64,000 nucleotides of DNA from positions 180,420,001-180,484,000 of the forward strand of contig OX597814.1 in NCBI GenBank assembly GCA_951406725.2, written 5' to 3'. Origin of the DNA: Octopus vulgaris (taxonomy: Eukaryota). This document shows positions 26,149 through 41,126 of the stretch, piece by piece. The stretch's first letter is position 1. Every line of letters begins with the position of its first letter. The position numbers and the translations under genes are program-made. The notes under the pieces are model-generated. The model ran no database searches and was not told the DNA's origin. It was given only the letters and a program-made list of their open reading frames with translations.

Positions 26149-26588
26149 CTAGTGGGACCCATGGAGATTCCATGGAATGGGAAAAATTAAGGGGGCCTAT
26201 TTAAGAAGAAAGGATGGTATACATCTTTATTGCATTCATAGTTTAGCTTTCTTCAAATATTCTTGACGTTCGTCTACATTCATTTCCTCAGGTCTCCGTC
26301 CGTATTGTCTTTTTCTTCCTTCTATTATATTCTCTCGCTGTTCCTCTCTGATCTGTGCTCTGTATCTGCGCATCCTTTCTTGGGAAGCTTGCAAACGTGT
26401 TTCTTGTGAAACCAGAGTTTAGACTAAATTAACCCTTATCAACAGAAAGCAATTCTTTAAGCAAGCAGACGATAAATAATTGCACTTATGAGCATGCTTT
26501 AGGCGATGGTCGCTATAAACAAAATTAGTTCAATAAAAAAATACTTTTCACTATCAACACATTACAGCTCTCTCTCTTTCTCTGTCTG

Positions 26589-26633
<45 letters not shown>

Positions 26634-26996
26634 ATAACTCCCTCCTTTGTTCATCTCTATCTTTCCTTTCAGCTAAATTTTTAACCGCGTAATAAGTATT
26701 CCCTCCTCACCCAACCGAATGTCGTTAACACTTCTTTCTCCCTCTTTTCCTCTCGTTCTTTGCCTCTGCCTTCAGTTGACAACATGACCATTTGGCCTAG
26801 GTGTATTAATATTAATCACTTTTCCTCTCTTCTTTCTTCACTCCTCTCTCTCCTCTCTCTTCCCCTTTTCTCTCCTCTCTCTTCCCCCTTTCTCTCTCTT
26901 TCTCTCTCTCTCTCTTACTTCACCTTTCACTCACTCCACCTCCACTTCGCTAACTAATGTATAAACGGGTGAACGAACGAGCAGATTATTGTATAG

Positions 26997-26997
<1 letters not shown>
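26149..26997 (-). mobile_element. Non-autonomous Helitron, both ends present
   Basis: Minus strand A|TCTATACAATAATC ... hairpin CCATGGAATCTCCATGG ... CTAG|T; internal charged-residue coding relic (ERMRRYRAQIREEQRE). Confidence 0.7.
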
Positions 26998-27066
<69 letters not shown>

Positions 27067-27068
<2 letters not shown>

Positions 27069-27740
27069 TGTGGCCCGTAGCAGACCAATGGCTACGGAGC
27101 TCAGGGGTAAAACCAGAGAGCGAAGGCTTTATCTTAGCTGCTTAAGATCAGAGCCTATTGAACTACCAAGTTTATGTGATAAAAAATGGAGGAGATCCAA
27201 AATACCGATACCTGAACGATGAGATTGAAACAGTGGATAACCTAATATCTGGGTGCAAGGTTTTCGCACCAGTAGAGTATAAATCAAGACATGACAGAGT
27301 CGACCAATACCTACACTGATTAATGTCGGCATTATAAAATCAAAACAGCTGGCAAATGGTACAAGCACAACCTTGAGGTTGTAACTGAGGGAGAGAGTGT
27401 AACGATTCTTTGGAACTTTCCGGTACATGCTGACCGGACCATCAAAGCTAATAAACCAGATATTGCTGTGAAAGACCAAAACAATAAAATATGTTTATTG
27501 GTTCACATGAGCATACCATGTGATCATAATGTCTCGGCAAAAGAATTTAATAATCTCAGAAAATATAAAGATTTACTGATTGAATTTTTAAAAAAATATG
27601 GCATCTCAAGACGGTTACAACGCCAGTGATTGTAGGAGCACTGGGAATGATCGAAAAAGGAACTGAAAATTATTTGAGGATGATCTCTGGCTTACCATAT
27701 TGCAGGTGTAAAAATTGTCTTGACTGGTACCTCATATATA
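27067..27740 (+). mobile_element. R4/Dong-clade LINE fragment (same family as 41904-43643), decayed
   Basis: QWLRSSGVKPESEGFILAA*DQSL...DRTIKANKPDI..., 5' end abuts (TAA)n 26998-27066. Confidence 0.85.
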
Positions 27741-27759
27741 ATGTGATTTCTCTATAATG

Positions 27760-28158
27760 ACTGGTTATATTATTCAAGAAGACAATGATTATAGAGGACA
27801 AAAAAAGGAAGTGTAACATTGTAGACATTGCAATACCATACAATAAGAATGGATACCAAAGATATTGATAAAATTGAGAAATATCAGGATCAAGCCACGG
27901 AGAGGAAGAGATTTTGGAAGACAAAGGTGACAACTGTTCTTCTGATAATTAGTACATTTTAGACAACACCCAAACTGCTACCTAAGAGTTTGAAGGATAT
28001 TAGAATTAAGACATGTATTGTCGACCTGCAGTATATTGACATGTATTCTGCAGAGAATCATAAGAAAGATTTTTGAGATTATGGAAACTTGTCATGAAAC
28101 CTCAAGGTAATATCCCTGAAGAAGCATTTGATAAATTTCTATTTGATTCGTTATTATA

Positions 28159-28160
<2 letters not shown>
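27760..28160 (+). mobile_element. R4-clade LINE 3' end, strongly decayed, ending in (TAA)n
   Basis: IEDKKRKCNIVDIAIP motif; tail at 28157-28188. Confidence 0.55.
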
Positions 28161-28190
<30 letters not shown>

Positions 28191-28212
28191 TTTATTATTA
28201 TTATTATTATTA

Positions 28213-28259
<47 letters not shown>

Positions 28260-29240
28260 GCCTTTGCACAGCTTCTAACGCTGGAGATGTACAATGGTGT
28301 CAGTTGTTCACTACCAGTGAACAAAGTAACACTTCTTATTTTTCGAGCACCTTCCGGAGTATTCGAGCGGATCCAAGCAGTGCTGTTTTCTGCAAGTGCT
28401 CCACAATTATTGCAGACCCTATTTGTTCCATGTACTTCTCGAGATTTTTGCTCACTGTTCGCAGGGCTCCGACAATTATTGGTACATCAACCACAACTGC
28501 TTAACTTCCCAAGCTAACTTGTCATATCTCTCGACTTTTCTTTCTTCCTTATCGCATACCTTGTTATCAGCAGGGCATGCTATATCTATGATCCAGCATA
28601 GTTTATTTTCTTTCTCAATTAAGACTATGTCTGGCTTCTTATTCTCTATCTCATGGTCGCACGGAATCATAAAATCCTATAGGATCTTTGCATTTCTATT
28701 TTCGAAGATGTTTCTGTCAAGTCCATACTTGTTGCAAAGTGTCCAATGGACAAGCCTGGCTATATTGTCGTGGCGGCTCTTATATTCCTTCTGGGCTAGA
28801 GGCGTGCATTGGCTAATAATATGCCATACGGTTTCACCGTTTTGTTCACAGATTCTGCACTTATCACTTTCTGCTGTGTTGTCTATTCTGTATTTTATGT
28901 AGTTTGTTCTTAGTGCTTGTTCTTGGGCAGTACAGATTAGATACTCCGTTTCCGGTTTTAAATCACTTTTAGTCATTCACAGCCATCTTTTTTCTCTGTC
29001 TGTCTTATCTTCAACACCCCTATGAAATTGACCATGCATTCTTTTCTTTATGCACCTATTTTCAGTTTCATTTGTTTTCAATTTCTTCTATAGTGCTTTA
29101 TCTTTGCAATCTTTCATCTTAAGCAAGCCTGAACTTCTTACTTCTAATAATAGTGGTTCTGTGGCATTTTTTACATTCCATGCTATGTTGTTTTCTTCTG
29201 GTCTAAAGCTGTGTTCGCATCCAATAAGTCCTCTTCCCCT
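28260..29240 (-). mobile_element. R4/Dong-clade LINE 3' portion
   Basis: GRGL..., MHGQF, LKPETEYLICTAQEQALRTN, CRICEQNGETVWHIISQC (zinc knuckle), RHDNIA, KPDIVLIEK..IIDIACP; (TAA)n at both ends. Confidence 0.88.
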
Positions 29241-29251
29241 ATTATTATTAC

Positions 29252-29371
<120 letters not shown>

Positions 29372-29381
29372 TATTATTATC

Positions 29382-29600
29382 AAAGCAAGAACTGAACAAA
29401 CTCACTGAAAAACTACCTGGTAATATCAACATTCACAAGCTCTGAAAGATCAGCATCCTGGGAAGAGCTCACATACTCAGAAAGGCGCTCTCTATTTCAT
29501 AACAATACACTCTTTGGCGCCCTGGGGCCATGAATTGGATACCAGATATATAAGGAAGGAACAGCAACAGAAATCAGTAAATAAAAACAACAACAACAAC
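29382..29600 (+). mobile_element. Very short R4-clade 3' end
   Basis: LPGNINIHKL*KISILGRAHILRKALS plus 3' UTR, followed by (AAC)/(TAA)n to 29766. Confidence 0.7.
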
Positions 29601-29616
29601 AATAATAATAATAATG

Positions 29617-29768
<152 letters not shown>

Positions 29769-30019
29769 GAGATCACAAATCGGTGTTCCTCTATTTTCGT
29801 TTGAAATGCAACGTAACAGAAAATTACCCCGATACAAAACAAAAATCGTTTATAGAAGGTAGTAAGAGAAGGGTGATTGATGTAGGCTGGGTGCTTAGCA
29901 AATAAGTTAGCAAGAACTTCAAAGAGTCACCTAACGGCTTAAATTTGCCAATATATATCGAACGAGGTCAATAAAGGGAAATCTGACGTCATTATTGACG
30001 TAGCAGTTAACAAAAAGTA

Positions 30020-31005
<986 letters not shown>

Positions 31006-31427
31006 ACTTATTAAAAATCACTAAGTTCTAGGTGCTATATCCTTACTTGATAATTTCAATACCAACTGAAGCATTTATCCCCTTTCTTACTATTGAGAAA
31101 CTATGAATCGATGCCAGAAGTTTTGTTGTTTTTATCGAGCAGACCTATGAATTAAAAGAAAAGAAGTCCGTTCGTAGCCATGTTATTTTTCTTTTCAGAC
31201 GTAGTGTATCATGGACTACGTCATAGAATGTGTTCTTCATTTTTGAAGACGCCGGGCCATGATTTGACGGGTATTTCATTGTTATATATCACAACTTGAG
31301 CGACCAGGCTGAGGCACAGCTGTTTATTCCAGCCAGTTTATATTATTTGAACTCACAATGGATCCCCTATGCAGTCGACAGGTATGTTAGAAACTATAAC
31401 CATCAATAAAGAATGACAACCTCAACA

Positions 31428-31586
31428 ACGGCGTGGCTGTGTGGCAAGTGATTTGCTCTGCAGCCACGTAGCTCCGAGTTCAGTCCCACTGCGTGGCCCC
31501 TTAGCCTAATATCTTCTACTATAACTCCCAGCTGACCAAAGCCTTGTGAGTGGATTTGGTAGACAGAAACTGAAAGAAGCCCATCG

Positions 31587-31648
<62 letters not shown>

Positions 31649-31850
31649 GGGGGGGGGTCTTTGTGTGTCTCCTGCTACCACTTGACAACCGCTGTCGGTA
31701 TGTTATGTCACCGTAACTTAGCGGTTCGGTAAAAGACGCCGATAGAATAAGTACCAGCCTTAATAAAAAGTTAGTACTAGGGTCGATTCATTTGACTAAA
31801 CGTTCTTCAAGGCGGTGCCGCAGCATGGCGGCCAGTCTAATGCCTGAAGT
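31428..31850 (+). mobile_element. SINE family B
   Basis: GGCGTGGCTGTGTGG head, GAGTTCAGTCCC, internal (TA)(TG)n, tail. Confidence 0.8.
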
Positions 31851-31871
31851 ATAACAAAAAAAGGATAAGCT

Positions 31872-31981
31872 TTCTTCCCAACCACTGCATGGTACCTTGA
31901 GCAAGTGTCTTCTGCTATAGCCTCGCACCGACCAAAGCCTTGTGAGTGGATTTGCTAAACGGAAACTGAAAAAAGACCGTC

Positions 31982-32058
<77 letters not shown>

Positions 32059-32183
32059 AAGAGCGTAGGCTCGAAACGTTAAAGACTTGTTTTATTTATA
32101 TTTCCTGAGCGCCATACTAATACAATTGTTTGTTTGTTTTCCACCTGCCTTCGTCTTTTGTCTATTTTCATAAAGCTTCCCGT

Positions 32184-32222
<39 letters not shown>

Positions 32223-32545
32223 ATGTATATATATATATATATGTGTGTATGCATGTATGTATGTATGTATGTATATGTATATATATGTATGTATGTATGT
32301 ATATGCATCTATGTGTGTGTGTTTGTGTCTGTGTTTGTTCTCCACCATCGCTTGAGAACCGATTTTGGTATGTTTACATCCCTGTAACATAGCGTTTCGG
32401 CAAAATAGACCGATAGAATAAGCTCTAGGCTTACAAAGATTAAGTCCCTGGGGTCAATTTGTTCGACTAAAATTCTTTTTTAAAGGCGGTACTCCAGCAT
32501 GATCGCAGTCTAATGACTGGACTGAAACAAATAACAGAGTAACAG
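31872..32545 (+). mobile_element. SINE family B with nested HHR element
   Basis: Partial head 31872-31985, tail 32325-32545, insertion within the internal (TA)n. Confidence 0.8.
32054..32183 (+). mobile_element. 5'-truncated HHR-bearing short element
   Basis: TGTTGA-A-GAGC-GTAG-GCTC-GAAAC-GTT-AAAG; homologous to 57311-57510. Confidence 0.75.
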
Positions 32546-33439
32546 AGCAACAACAAAGCCATCATAAAAAAGCTGATAAAATCCAATTTTTCCATCTTAA
32601 ACAACAACAACAACGACAACAACACAAAAGTGAACGACAAAAAATATAAATCCCCAACAACAACAACACGAACACGAGTAACAACACGAGCATAAAAATA
32701 ATTACACTATAAGATAGTGTCAATAACAATCAAATAACGACACAAGCAACTGCACAAAATAAATCAACAATTTTAGAATATTAACATCAGCAACAACCGC
32801 AGCAATTTGAACCAATAGTAATACCAATAACAATGTCAATAAAACTTCTTAATTCCATCCGATAATTCCACACGCTTCATTGATTTCATTGCCCCTCCTA
32901 TTAGAGCGAAGAAAAATAATTTTTCACATTCGTAGTAAAATATATGACCAAGTAATTGATTACATCGCACTAATTTTCAACAATTAATATGTAATCTTAG
33001 TTTTAATGATGATGTGAAGGGATCCGAGTTGTTCATTAAAATCGAAAATCATATGCAAATATGTACATCAATGTCAAAAATCGCATTGAAATGTTAATAT
33101 TACATTCTCAGCTGGAGCTAGAATCACACAGATATGCTGTCGAAAAGTTCATACAGCAAAATTACTAAAATTATTGTTTTTTCAAAATGATATCCTTCCT
33201 TCAATTATTTTGTGATAGCTATTATTTTTTTTTTTTTACTTGTTAGTATAAACTGCATTTGCGTTAAATATATTTATTTTGATATTGACCGGAAGTGATA
33301 AAGAAGTGAGGAGAATCAGAGGGGTTACCTTTCTTTCCATTGAGACACACTAAAGCGTGCTACCACATGTCAGGTTATATCTCAGTTGTGAGTGAAAGAT
33401 TAAAGAGCTTGTTGAGTTTAGGGAAGCAAAACTCCAACG

Positions 33440-33850
33440 TCTCACGTCCTCAAATAATTTACTGAAGTTGTGCTGTAGCTATTCGAAAAAATTTGAACAA
33501 GGATTACAGCGCTTGAGGAATCCCGCCCACACCCCAAAATTAAGTGGAGTTCCCCCAGTAATCTACTAAAGATGTTTTCTATATCTACGTGCATGGGGGA
33601 AATACTTAGCGACCAAACTAAGGAAGATCTAACATACACAATTTTCCATGTCAGAAGATAATGGAGGTGCAGACCATATGATATTACGGTGACATTTTCT
33701 CTTGACAGACTTTGGTTCGGGCATATACTTTATCCTATCCTCGAAAACACTGGCAGTTAGGACCTCGTACTGGTCCGCAGTGTCGAAGATCCCATTCAAA
33801 TATAGGTAAGAGTTACTTTTGCTAATCTCCTTATATAGGTTCCCCAAAAC
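33440..33850 (-). mobile_element. PLE ORF relic (RT thumb to linker region)
   Basis: YEVLTASVFEDRIKY...KRKCHRNIIWSAPPLS...SYSTT matches the PLE 'RNIIWFNPPFS...SYS' motif. Confidence 0.6.
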
Positions 33851-33899
33851 TGACTGGACATCAAAAAGTTATATTAATATATGTCAGCCTCTCCTTCGG

Positions 33900-34495
33900 T
33901 TTCCGGAATGGTTTACAGTTACCAGAGTTTAGGTTTAATTTTACATCCAGGAAATCAAGTAGTTTCAAGCAGGTCCCAGTCGTCCCATTTGTGAATTTGA
34001 GTTCAAAAAATTAGGGGTATAAGGGGCTTCTTGTCCCCATATAGATCAAGACTGTTTGAGGAAAATGTCTTACTAATCATATTCAGTTTCCTTTTGACAG
34101 CCACTGCACTTCGGTATGGTATAATAGTTTAATATACTCCTAATCATTTCCCAGACAAAGTTGACAGAAAATTCAATCAGACAAGGGACCGGACTTCAAT
34201 TTCTGTGAAAGACATCACGCATGTGATTAGCAGCTGTCCTAAAATGTCGTCACGGCACTACTTCCCTATGCGGCATTCATAAACACCAACTCAAGGAATA
34301 CTGGTGGAATATTCCCATCAAAACTTGTCAAATATAAATATAACAGGCCGGATATTGTTTAGAACAGAGGAGCAAATGTATGTACTATCATAGAGGTCAA
34401 CTACCTTGCAGATACAAATATCTCTTTGAAAATCAAAGTAAAAGAGAATGTCTATGGACAACTGCTTCGAAACCTTCATCTTCTATATCTTATCT
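33900..34495 (+). mobile_element. RLE-clade LINE 3' fragment, decayed
   Basis: DITHVISSCPKMSSRHYFPMRH, EYWWNIPIKT, RPDIV, CTIIEV...ISLKIKVKENVYGQLLRNL. Confidence 0.65.
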
Positions 34496-35624
34496 TAGAT
34501 AGGGAAATAGGGAAAATTACAATGAATGATGTAGTCTAGATATACTATGCTGTAGCAGTATTGGTATGGGTGGCGAGGAGTAGTCCGACCCCCGGCAACA
34601 ATTCTATGGAGGTGGCCTTTTTGGGTCTGCTGTATAAGCCTGCTTAATCTTAGGAGCTTAGATGGGGGGGGGAGTGGAAAACTCAAGGGATTCCCTCGAG
34701 AAGCCCGTTTTAGCTACGTCACTGTTATGCCTAAACCACAAAAGGGATGGTAACTGCTAAAATTCCTATAATTATAAATCTCTTCAATCAAGGCTGACCT
34801 AGTGGTAAACATCAGTATATCGGGAACCTGAGATGCTCTTTGTAATGAGTCGACCTGCTCAAAATAGCATCCGAATCTCCTTCAGTTCACATTCCACCAT
34901 CATAAAAAATAGAAAAATACATAATCTTACTCATCACTACCTCACCAAAAACCGACAGGTTTGTCACGGCTGGAATATACTTGATCTTAAGATCTGTTGG
35001 CACAGAATTGACCTGGGGTTAGACAAAACTAACAACTATTTCATCTACAAGAGCCATAATTATATTTGAAATATGGTTATTAATTATTTTTAAAATTTAC
35101 TTTCTCTCTAAATCGGGTATTAATAAATTAAAATGACAAAAATGGAAATCTATGAAATAGATGCCAGAGAATATATTTAATTAAGAAAGAGAATATGGCG
35201 GAAAGATAAAACAAACGAAAAATTATTTTTATTTTAATTCAAGAGTTTAATTCTATTTTTAGTATTTTCTCAAATAGAGATTCACTTCTAATTTGAATTT
35301 AATTAATTTTTCCAAACATTATATTTAAAATACAACTGATTTTTCGTGAAGGTGTTGGTGGCGGCGATTCAAAGATAATTTCTTGGCGGGTAGTGTCCGA
35401 ATCTAGCTTCGATTTTAGATTTTAATCTTTCACTTCATTTCAATGAGAACTAACTTAAGATCTCATTTATAATGATAAACGCTTATACGACACGAGTACC
35501 ATACTCTGCGTCTCCGTGATTAGTACTTAGTGACAGATCGAAGCGGATCGACCAGAAATCATATGAAACTGCAGATTTTACATCAAAGTATCCCTGTCTG
35601 AGAAGGAAGCTGTGACAATAGCTA

Positions 35625-36050
35625 ATGTTTCTTTTTTCTTTGCTACCCACAAGGGGCTACACACAGAGGGGACAAACAAGGACAGACAAACGGATTAAGT
35701 CGATTATATCGATCCCAGTGCGTAACTGGTACTTATTTAATCGACCCCGAAAGGATGAAAGGCAAAGTCGACCTCGGCGGAATTTGAACTCAGAGTGTAA
35801 AGACAGGCGAAATACCTATTTCTTTACTACCCACAAGAGGCTAAACACAAGGAGGACAAACAAAGACAGACAAACGAATTAAGTCGATTATATCGACCCC
35901 AGTGCGTAACTGGTGCTTATTTAATCGATCCCGAAAGGATGAAAGGCGAAGTCGACCTCGGCGGAATTTGAACTCAGAACGTAGCGGCAGACGAAATACC
36001 GCCAAGCATTTCGCCCGGCGTGCTAACGTTTCTGCCAGCTCACCGCCTAA
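35625..36050 (-). mobile_element. SINE family A with two body units
   Basis: Reverse complement of the family A consensus; further decayed copy at 36100-36320. Confidence 0.85.
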
Positions 36051-36391
36051 ACAACAGCTAATGCTTCTACCATCTCGCAACCTTCACGATTAATAAATAA
36101 TTCTTCCGACTATAGAAACAAAACCTGAAATTGAGAGGGAGTGTGATGGTAGTGGTGGGCTAATTGATTACATAGACACCAGTGTTTAACTGATATTTAA
36201 TCTATTGATCCGAAAGGATGAAAGGTAAATTCGGCTTCGGCATAACTTAAAACTCAGAACGTAAAAACGGACGAAATGCTGCTAAGCACTTTGCCCAGCG
36301 AGCTAACGTTTCTGCAAGCTTTATTTAATCTCCATTTAAATATGTATTTATGTAATACCCTTATTACCAAAAGTTGCCTAGTTTTTGTAGT

Positions 36392-36463
36392 AGCCCATCT
36401 TGAGGTGCGAACCCACGATCCGGAGATTAAGAGTCTTATCTTTACCGACTGAGCTAGCTAAAC
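36392..36463 (-). pseudogene. tRNA-Lys(CTT) pseudogene
   Basis: GTTTAGCTAGCTCAGTCGGTAAAG-ATAAGACTCTTAATCTCCGGATCGTGGGTTCGCACCTCAAGATGGGCT aligns to canonical metazoan tRNA-Lys-CTT; acceptor, D and T arms carry disruptive changes. Confidence 0.8.
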
Positions 36464-38179
36464 CTGTAAACTCTAACCAAGGCCTTCACCGACTATCACA
36501 TGTGAAGTATGTGGCCAATTGTTTTACACCATCAGAGGCAACGATATAAAGAAGGAGGAAAGACGAAGAAAGAAGTACTCAGAAACGAGGAGCCGGGGAT
36601 GGCGATGTGATTAAAGAGTTTGTTTTGCAGGATTGTCGTTTCAGGGTCAATCTCACTGCTAGGTACCTTGGACCAGTATCTTCTACCATAGACTCAAAAA
36701 ATGGATCAAAGCTTTGTAAGCGAAATTCGGTAGACGGAAATTGTGCGTTTCTGCTCTTGGGTAGCGGAAGTAAATCCATCACCCTGTTTAATAGCAACAT
36801 CTGAAAACTGGGTTCCTTTAGGGGAGTCCATTTTGATGAAAGAATTTGTGAGAAAGGAATTTTTACTGCCATTGTAGAATTATTTTCAAGTTCTGCTTTT
36901 ATTATTACTCTGTATTCCTTGGCGGCCATCTAGGCTTTGTACATATATTACAAACGACCTGTATTTTGCATCCTGTAAAACATAAATAAAGAACGAGAGT
37001 ATACAGAACATTTTTGGTGACGAGATTTAGTGGTTCAACCAGCAGATTGTATAATCTTCTGTATATGTCTGACAAGTGAAAGCTACTAATTCGTACAGAT
37101 TTGATTCATCCAAGAAACGGTACTGTATTATCTACATAAAAAGTTTTCCTTCCTTTGCGGTGAAAAACTAGCAGAACTGAACGTTTACGAACGAATTTAG
37201 GGTTGATAAGAACTGAGTGGAAAAAAATTGTATGCGAAGCACTACAAAACAAACGAGTATGTTAATTCGTTATAATACATATATGGTGATTGTTCCACCT
37301 TTATTTGTGCTTCGTGACTTCTCAAATGATTATTCTGCCCAATTGCAGTTCTATATGGTTTGAAGCATAGGTGACGGAAGAAAGTGATAACTTACTTTGT
37401 GCTTCCAACTGGATGGGCTTGTTCACGTCACCATTCTTCCATCGCCATATGATTTTCAGATGGACTGACAAATGAGGTTACCAAAAAGAAGCCAGTAGGC
37501 CGTTGAAAAGCTATAGTTCTGGTTCTTAGTAGATTATTGGTAGTAAGGTAGTGAGAATGGATGAGATATTTTCATATTTAGCAGTTGAGAGAATATATTG
37601 GTTTGAAAGGTTTTAGAGGTTTTAAAGGTTTAAAAGATTCTGTTACGGTTCGTTATTTGGGCGTTAAGGAACAGGATATGGTAGGATTCAGTGGTATAGA
37701 GTTGGCAAAATGTGTTGTTCTTTAGTTTTTGCATAAGACAATAATTTCCAATAAATTGTCAAAGGGTATTTCTAACTATAGGATCTATACATATTTAGTA
37801 TGTATGGGTTTGGATTGCGAAAAATATCGTGTGTTGCTGTATCTTATTTCGGACATATTTACTATTGACTCAATATGTGTGTAGTTGGTTGGGATTTTAG
37901 TGTTCGTGCTTACAGGCGTGAGGTTTTGGTTTTTTATATTATATTTTGAAAGTTGTTGGTGGTTATAATTGGCTACACTTTTTCACAGTTGTTAGCTATG
38001 GAGTATGATATGTTTAACAGTTTCTGATACTTATGATTGAGCTATAAGTATTTTGGGAGTATTTTAAAAAATACACTGCTTTTGTTGCGGAGACTTGAAT
38101 GTTCCTATATACATACATACATACATACATACATACATACATACCTATCTATCTATCTATCTATCTATCTATATCTATA

Positions 38180-38230
<51 letters not shown>

Positions 38231-38392
38231 GTATACATATATGGATACATACACACACGCACAAATATATATTGATGCAAATATATTATTTAAAACTTTA
38301 TCTTACATGATATAATATGTTTCATTGCTCGAAAGAATTATTAGAAATATGAATAAACAGTAAACATGTAGTTTTTAATCAATTAGATATTT

Positions 38393-38491
38393 GAAGAAGA
38401 AGAAGAAGAAGAAGAAGAAGAAGAAGAAGAAGAAGAAGAAGAAGAAGAAGAAGAAGAAGAAGAAGAAGAAGAAGAAGAAGAAGAAGAAGAA
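38393..38491. repeat. (GAA)n microsatellite
   Basis: Direct inspection. Confidence 0.95.
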
Positions 38492-39369
38492 AGTTAAACG
38501 CATTCATCAGAAAAGAGAAATCGATTAGAAAGATAGATTGGGTGGTATTTGGATTGTCACGGAGTCTACAGAGGGACAAACTTGCATCAGAAGAATGCAG
38601 TAAGCGAGAGAATATAAAACAAAGGAAAGTGGGAGAGGCAAATCTCAAGGAAGCGTGGCCAGTGACACGTAACAAAAAGGCTATGAACAATATTGTTTGT
38701 ACGTTCGACAAACTAAGTACATACAGTTGAATCCGTACAATTAGTCTGAAATTGAAATTAATTCGATTTGCAGCTAAGAGTCGCAATAAGCTAAAGGTTG
38801 TTTTTCATATTTAAAATATACCAGAACGAAAAATCTCAGTTGGACATTAAAGTCGACATTTAAATAGTTAACGATTATTTGTTTTAAGAAATGTATAGAA
38901 TTAACATTAACTATGGCAACAAAAGATAACGTAGCTGAAGTTAACGAATAAAGTTAGGAAATAGAATTAGTATAAATATATTTTTTAGCTATGTCTAAAG
39001 TTCTCGTGAAATTAATGGAACAGAATTCAGTTAGTATTAAATTACAAATAATTAAATAAATAAATACGTATTTCATTCCCAACAGAGCGTAATTCAGAGC
39101 TGTAATAAATTTAAATCTGTGCTTATGATTGGCAAATGAAGTCGAGTAGGTATTCTTTAAGGAGCGGTTAGTAACCAGGGAAATGGTGCGTTTAATGATT
39201 TCCTCCATTTTCCCACCTCATCAGTAGCATAGAAAAGATGTGTTTACGTTCTTATATTACCCATAATTTTTACGAAATATTTAGATAAACAAACGCAAAT
39301 ACATAAGCGCAAATTATTGTTTTTAACGTTATACTTCGATGTGCTACTAATAATAGCACATCGATGTGC

Positions 39370-39404
<35 letters not shown>

Positions 39405-40599
39405 ATGGTAGTAGTAGTAGTAGTAGTAGTAGTAGGAGGAGGAGGAGGAGGAGGAGGAGGAGGAGGATGGGAGGAGGAGGAGGATGTGGTCCTTGTACAT
39501 AATGATACACCTCTCATGATGAGGTAAAAATCTATCCAGAAACAGGTCTGTAAGAAGATCCCGATTCAACTTTTCTACATATTTTAAAAAAAACGATAGG
39601 TTGTTTTCTCAATCTTAACATCTAATGTGTTCAAATATATATATCCGTGAAGCTGAGTTGTCTACCTTATTCTTCTGCGATCTTCACACAAAAGCTTTCT
39701 GATAAATAACTGTAGAGATAATTACATCATACGTTTCAGATATTCTGAATTGAGCTATAATCCGCAATATGTGTGTGTATGTATGTGTGCGGGGGCATGT
39801 GTCTACGTGTTATTTTACTTTTTGGTCCACTAACGTAGTATATGCATATCAGAGCGGTTGTTCATGTTATATCCTGATAATATACTGTTATATATAACAA
39901 TGTATATTCCATGATCCCTGCGTAAGCGAAGAATAGTAGAACATCTTTGATGGGGGAACAATTATGCTGAATTAGATTAGATATCTAAGAAGATATATTA
40001 GATATCGAATTAATTTCCTCTTTGCTTCAGGGTGAAAAATGGGATGGTTTTCCATTATCTCAATCTTAGCATCTAAATCATACGAAAAAATAAGGGTAAA
40101 AACGAGTTATCTATTACCGTATAAATGTTTCATATATTCGTAATTACACCGTCACACATACATTTTTTATTTATTTATTCTATGTTTTATTTCTCTTATT
40201 CTTCTTATTTACTCCCTGTCTTTGATTTACTACTAAAGAAATGTAGACAAGTGTCTGCAACATCGCAACAGATTCTGTCTTTAACCATTCCTGCCCAACG
40301 GCTTAAACTTACGATCATTAATGTGATCTACTAATATGCCGAGCGAAACAAGGTTTAGTTAACGAGATACCCCTAATAGCATCATCTAACGAGACACTTC
40401 TACACCGAGTGATGCACCACAACAAGTTGTACAGTATCTCACCTGTGAGGGGTCGATACAGGACGCGTCGAAACGAACGTTGTGAACAATTAAGTTTCTT
40501 GTATATTCTATCTTCTGCCTCTATCATTTTTATATATACATACATATATACAAACATACATGTATGTTTATGTGTATGTGTGTATTTATGTATATATTA

Positions 40600-41040
40600 T
40601 TAGTATTTTTACTTTTAATCTGCATGTTTGTTATAGTCACTTGCCGAGACACACCCAATGAAGGATAAGAGATGCTACAGCAAGACTCAAAGCTTGAGGA
40701 GGGGAAGTAGCGAAGTATTTTCATGTAATACGACGTGGACATTTAAATGGATAGGGTTTTTCTAAGGATGTGGGCAGTGCTTGTCAGCACAATTTTTTGG
40801 ATTTCTCTGAGACATGGTTCTCCTGGGATTTTATCTAGATGTTTCTGACATCCCTTTTTTTTTATCATAACTAGGGCACCTACAATCACAGAAACAGTTC
40901 TCGTTTTAAGATGCCACATCTTTTGTATTTCAATTTCCAGATCCTTAGTTTGTCAAATTCCTGGGTATGCTATATCTATGATCCAGCATAGTTTGTTTTC
41001 TTTCTCAATTAAGACTATGCCCGGCTTCCTATTCTCTATT
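40600..41040 (-). mobile_element. R4-clade LINE 3' end, apparently chimeric
   Basis: DLEIEIQKMWHLKTRTVSVIVGAL...IVLTSTAHILRK; 40963-41040 matches the 28575-28650 family. Confidence 0.7.
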
Positions 41041-41060
41041 TATTATTACTTTTAATCTAC

Positions 41061-41122
<62 letters not shown>

Positions 41123-41126
<4 letters not shown>

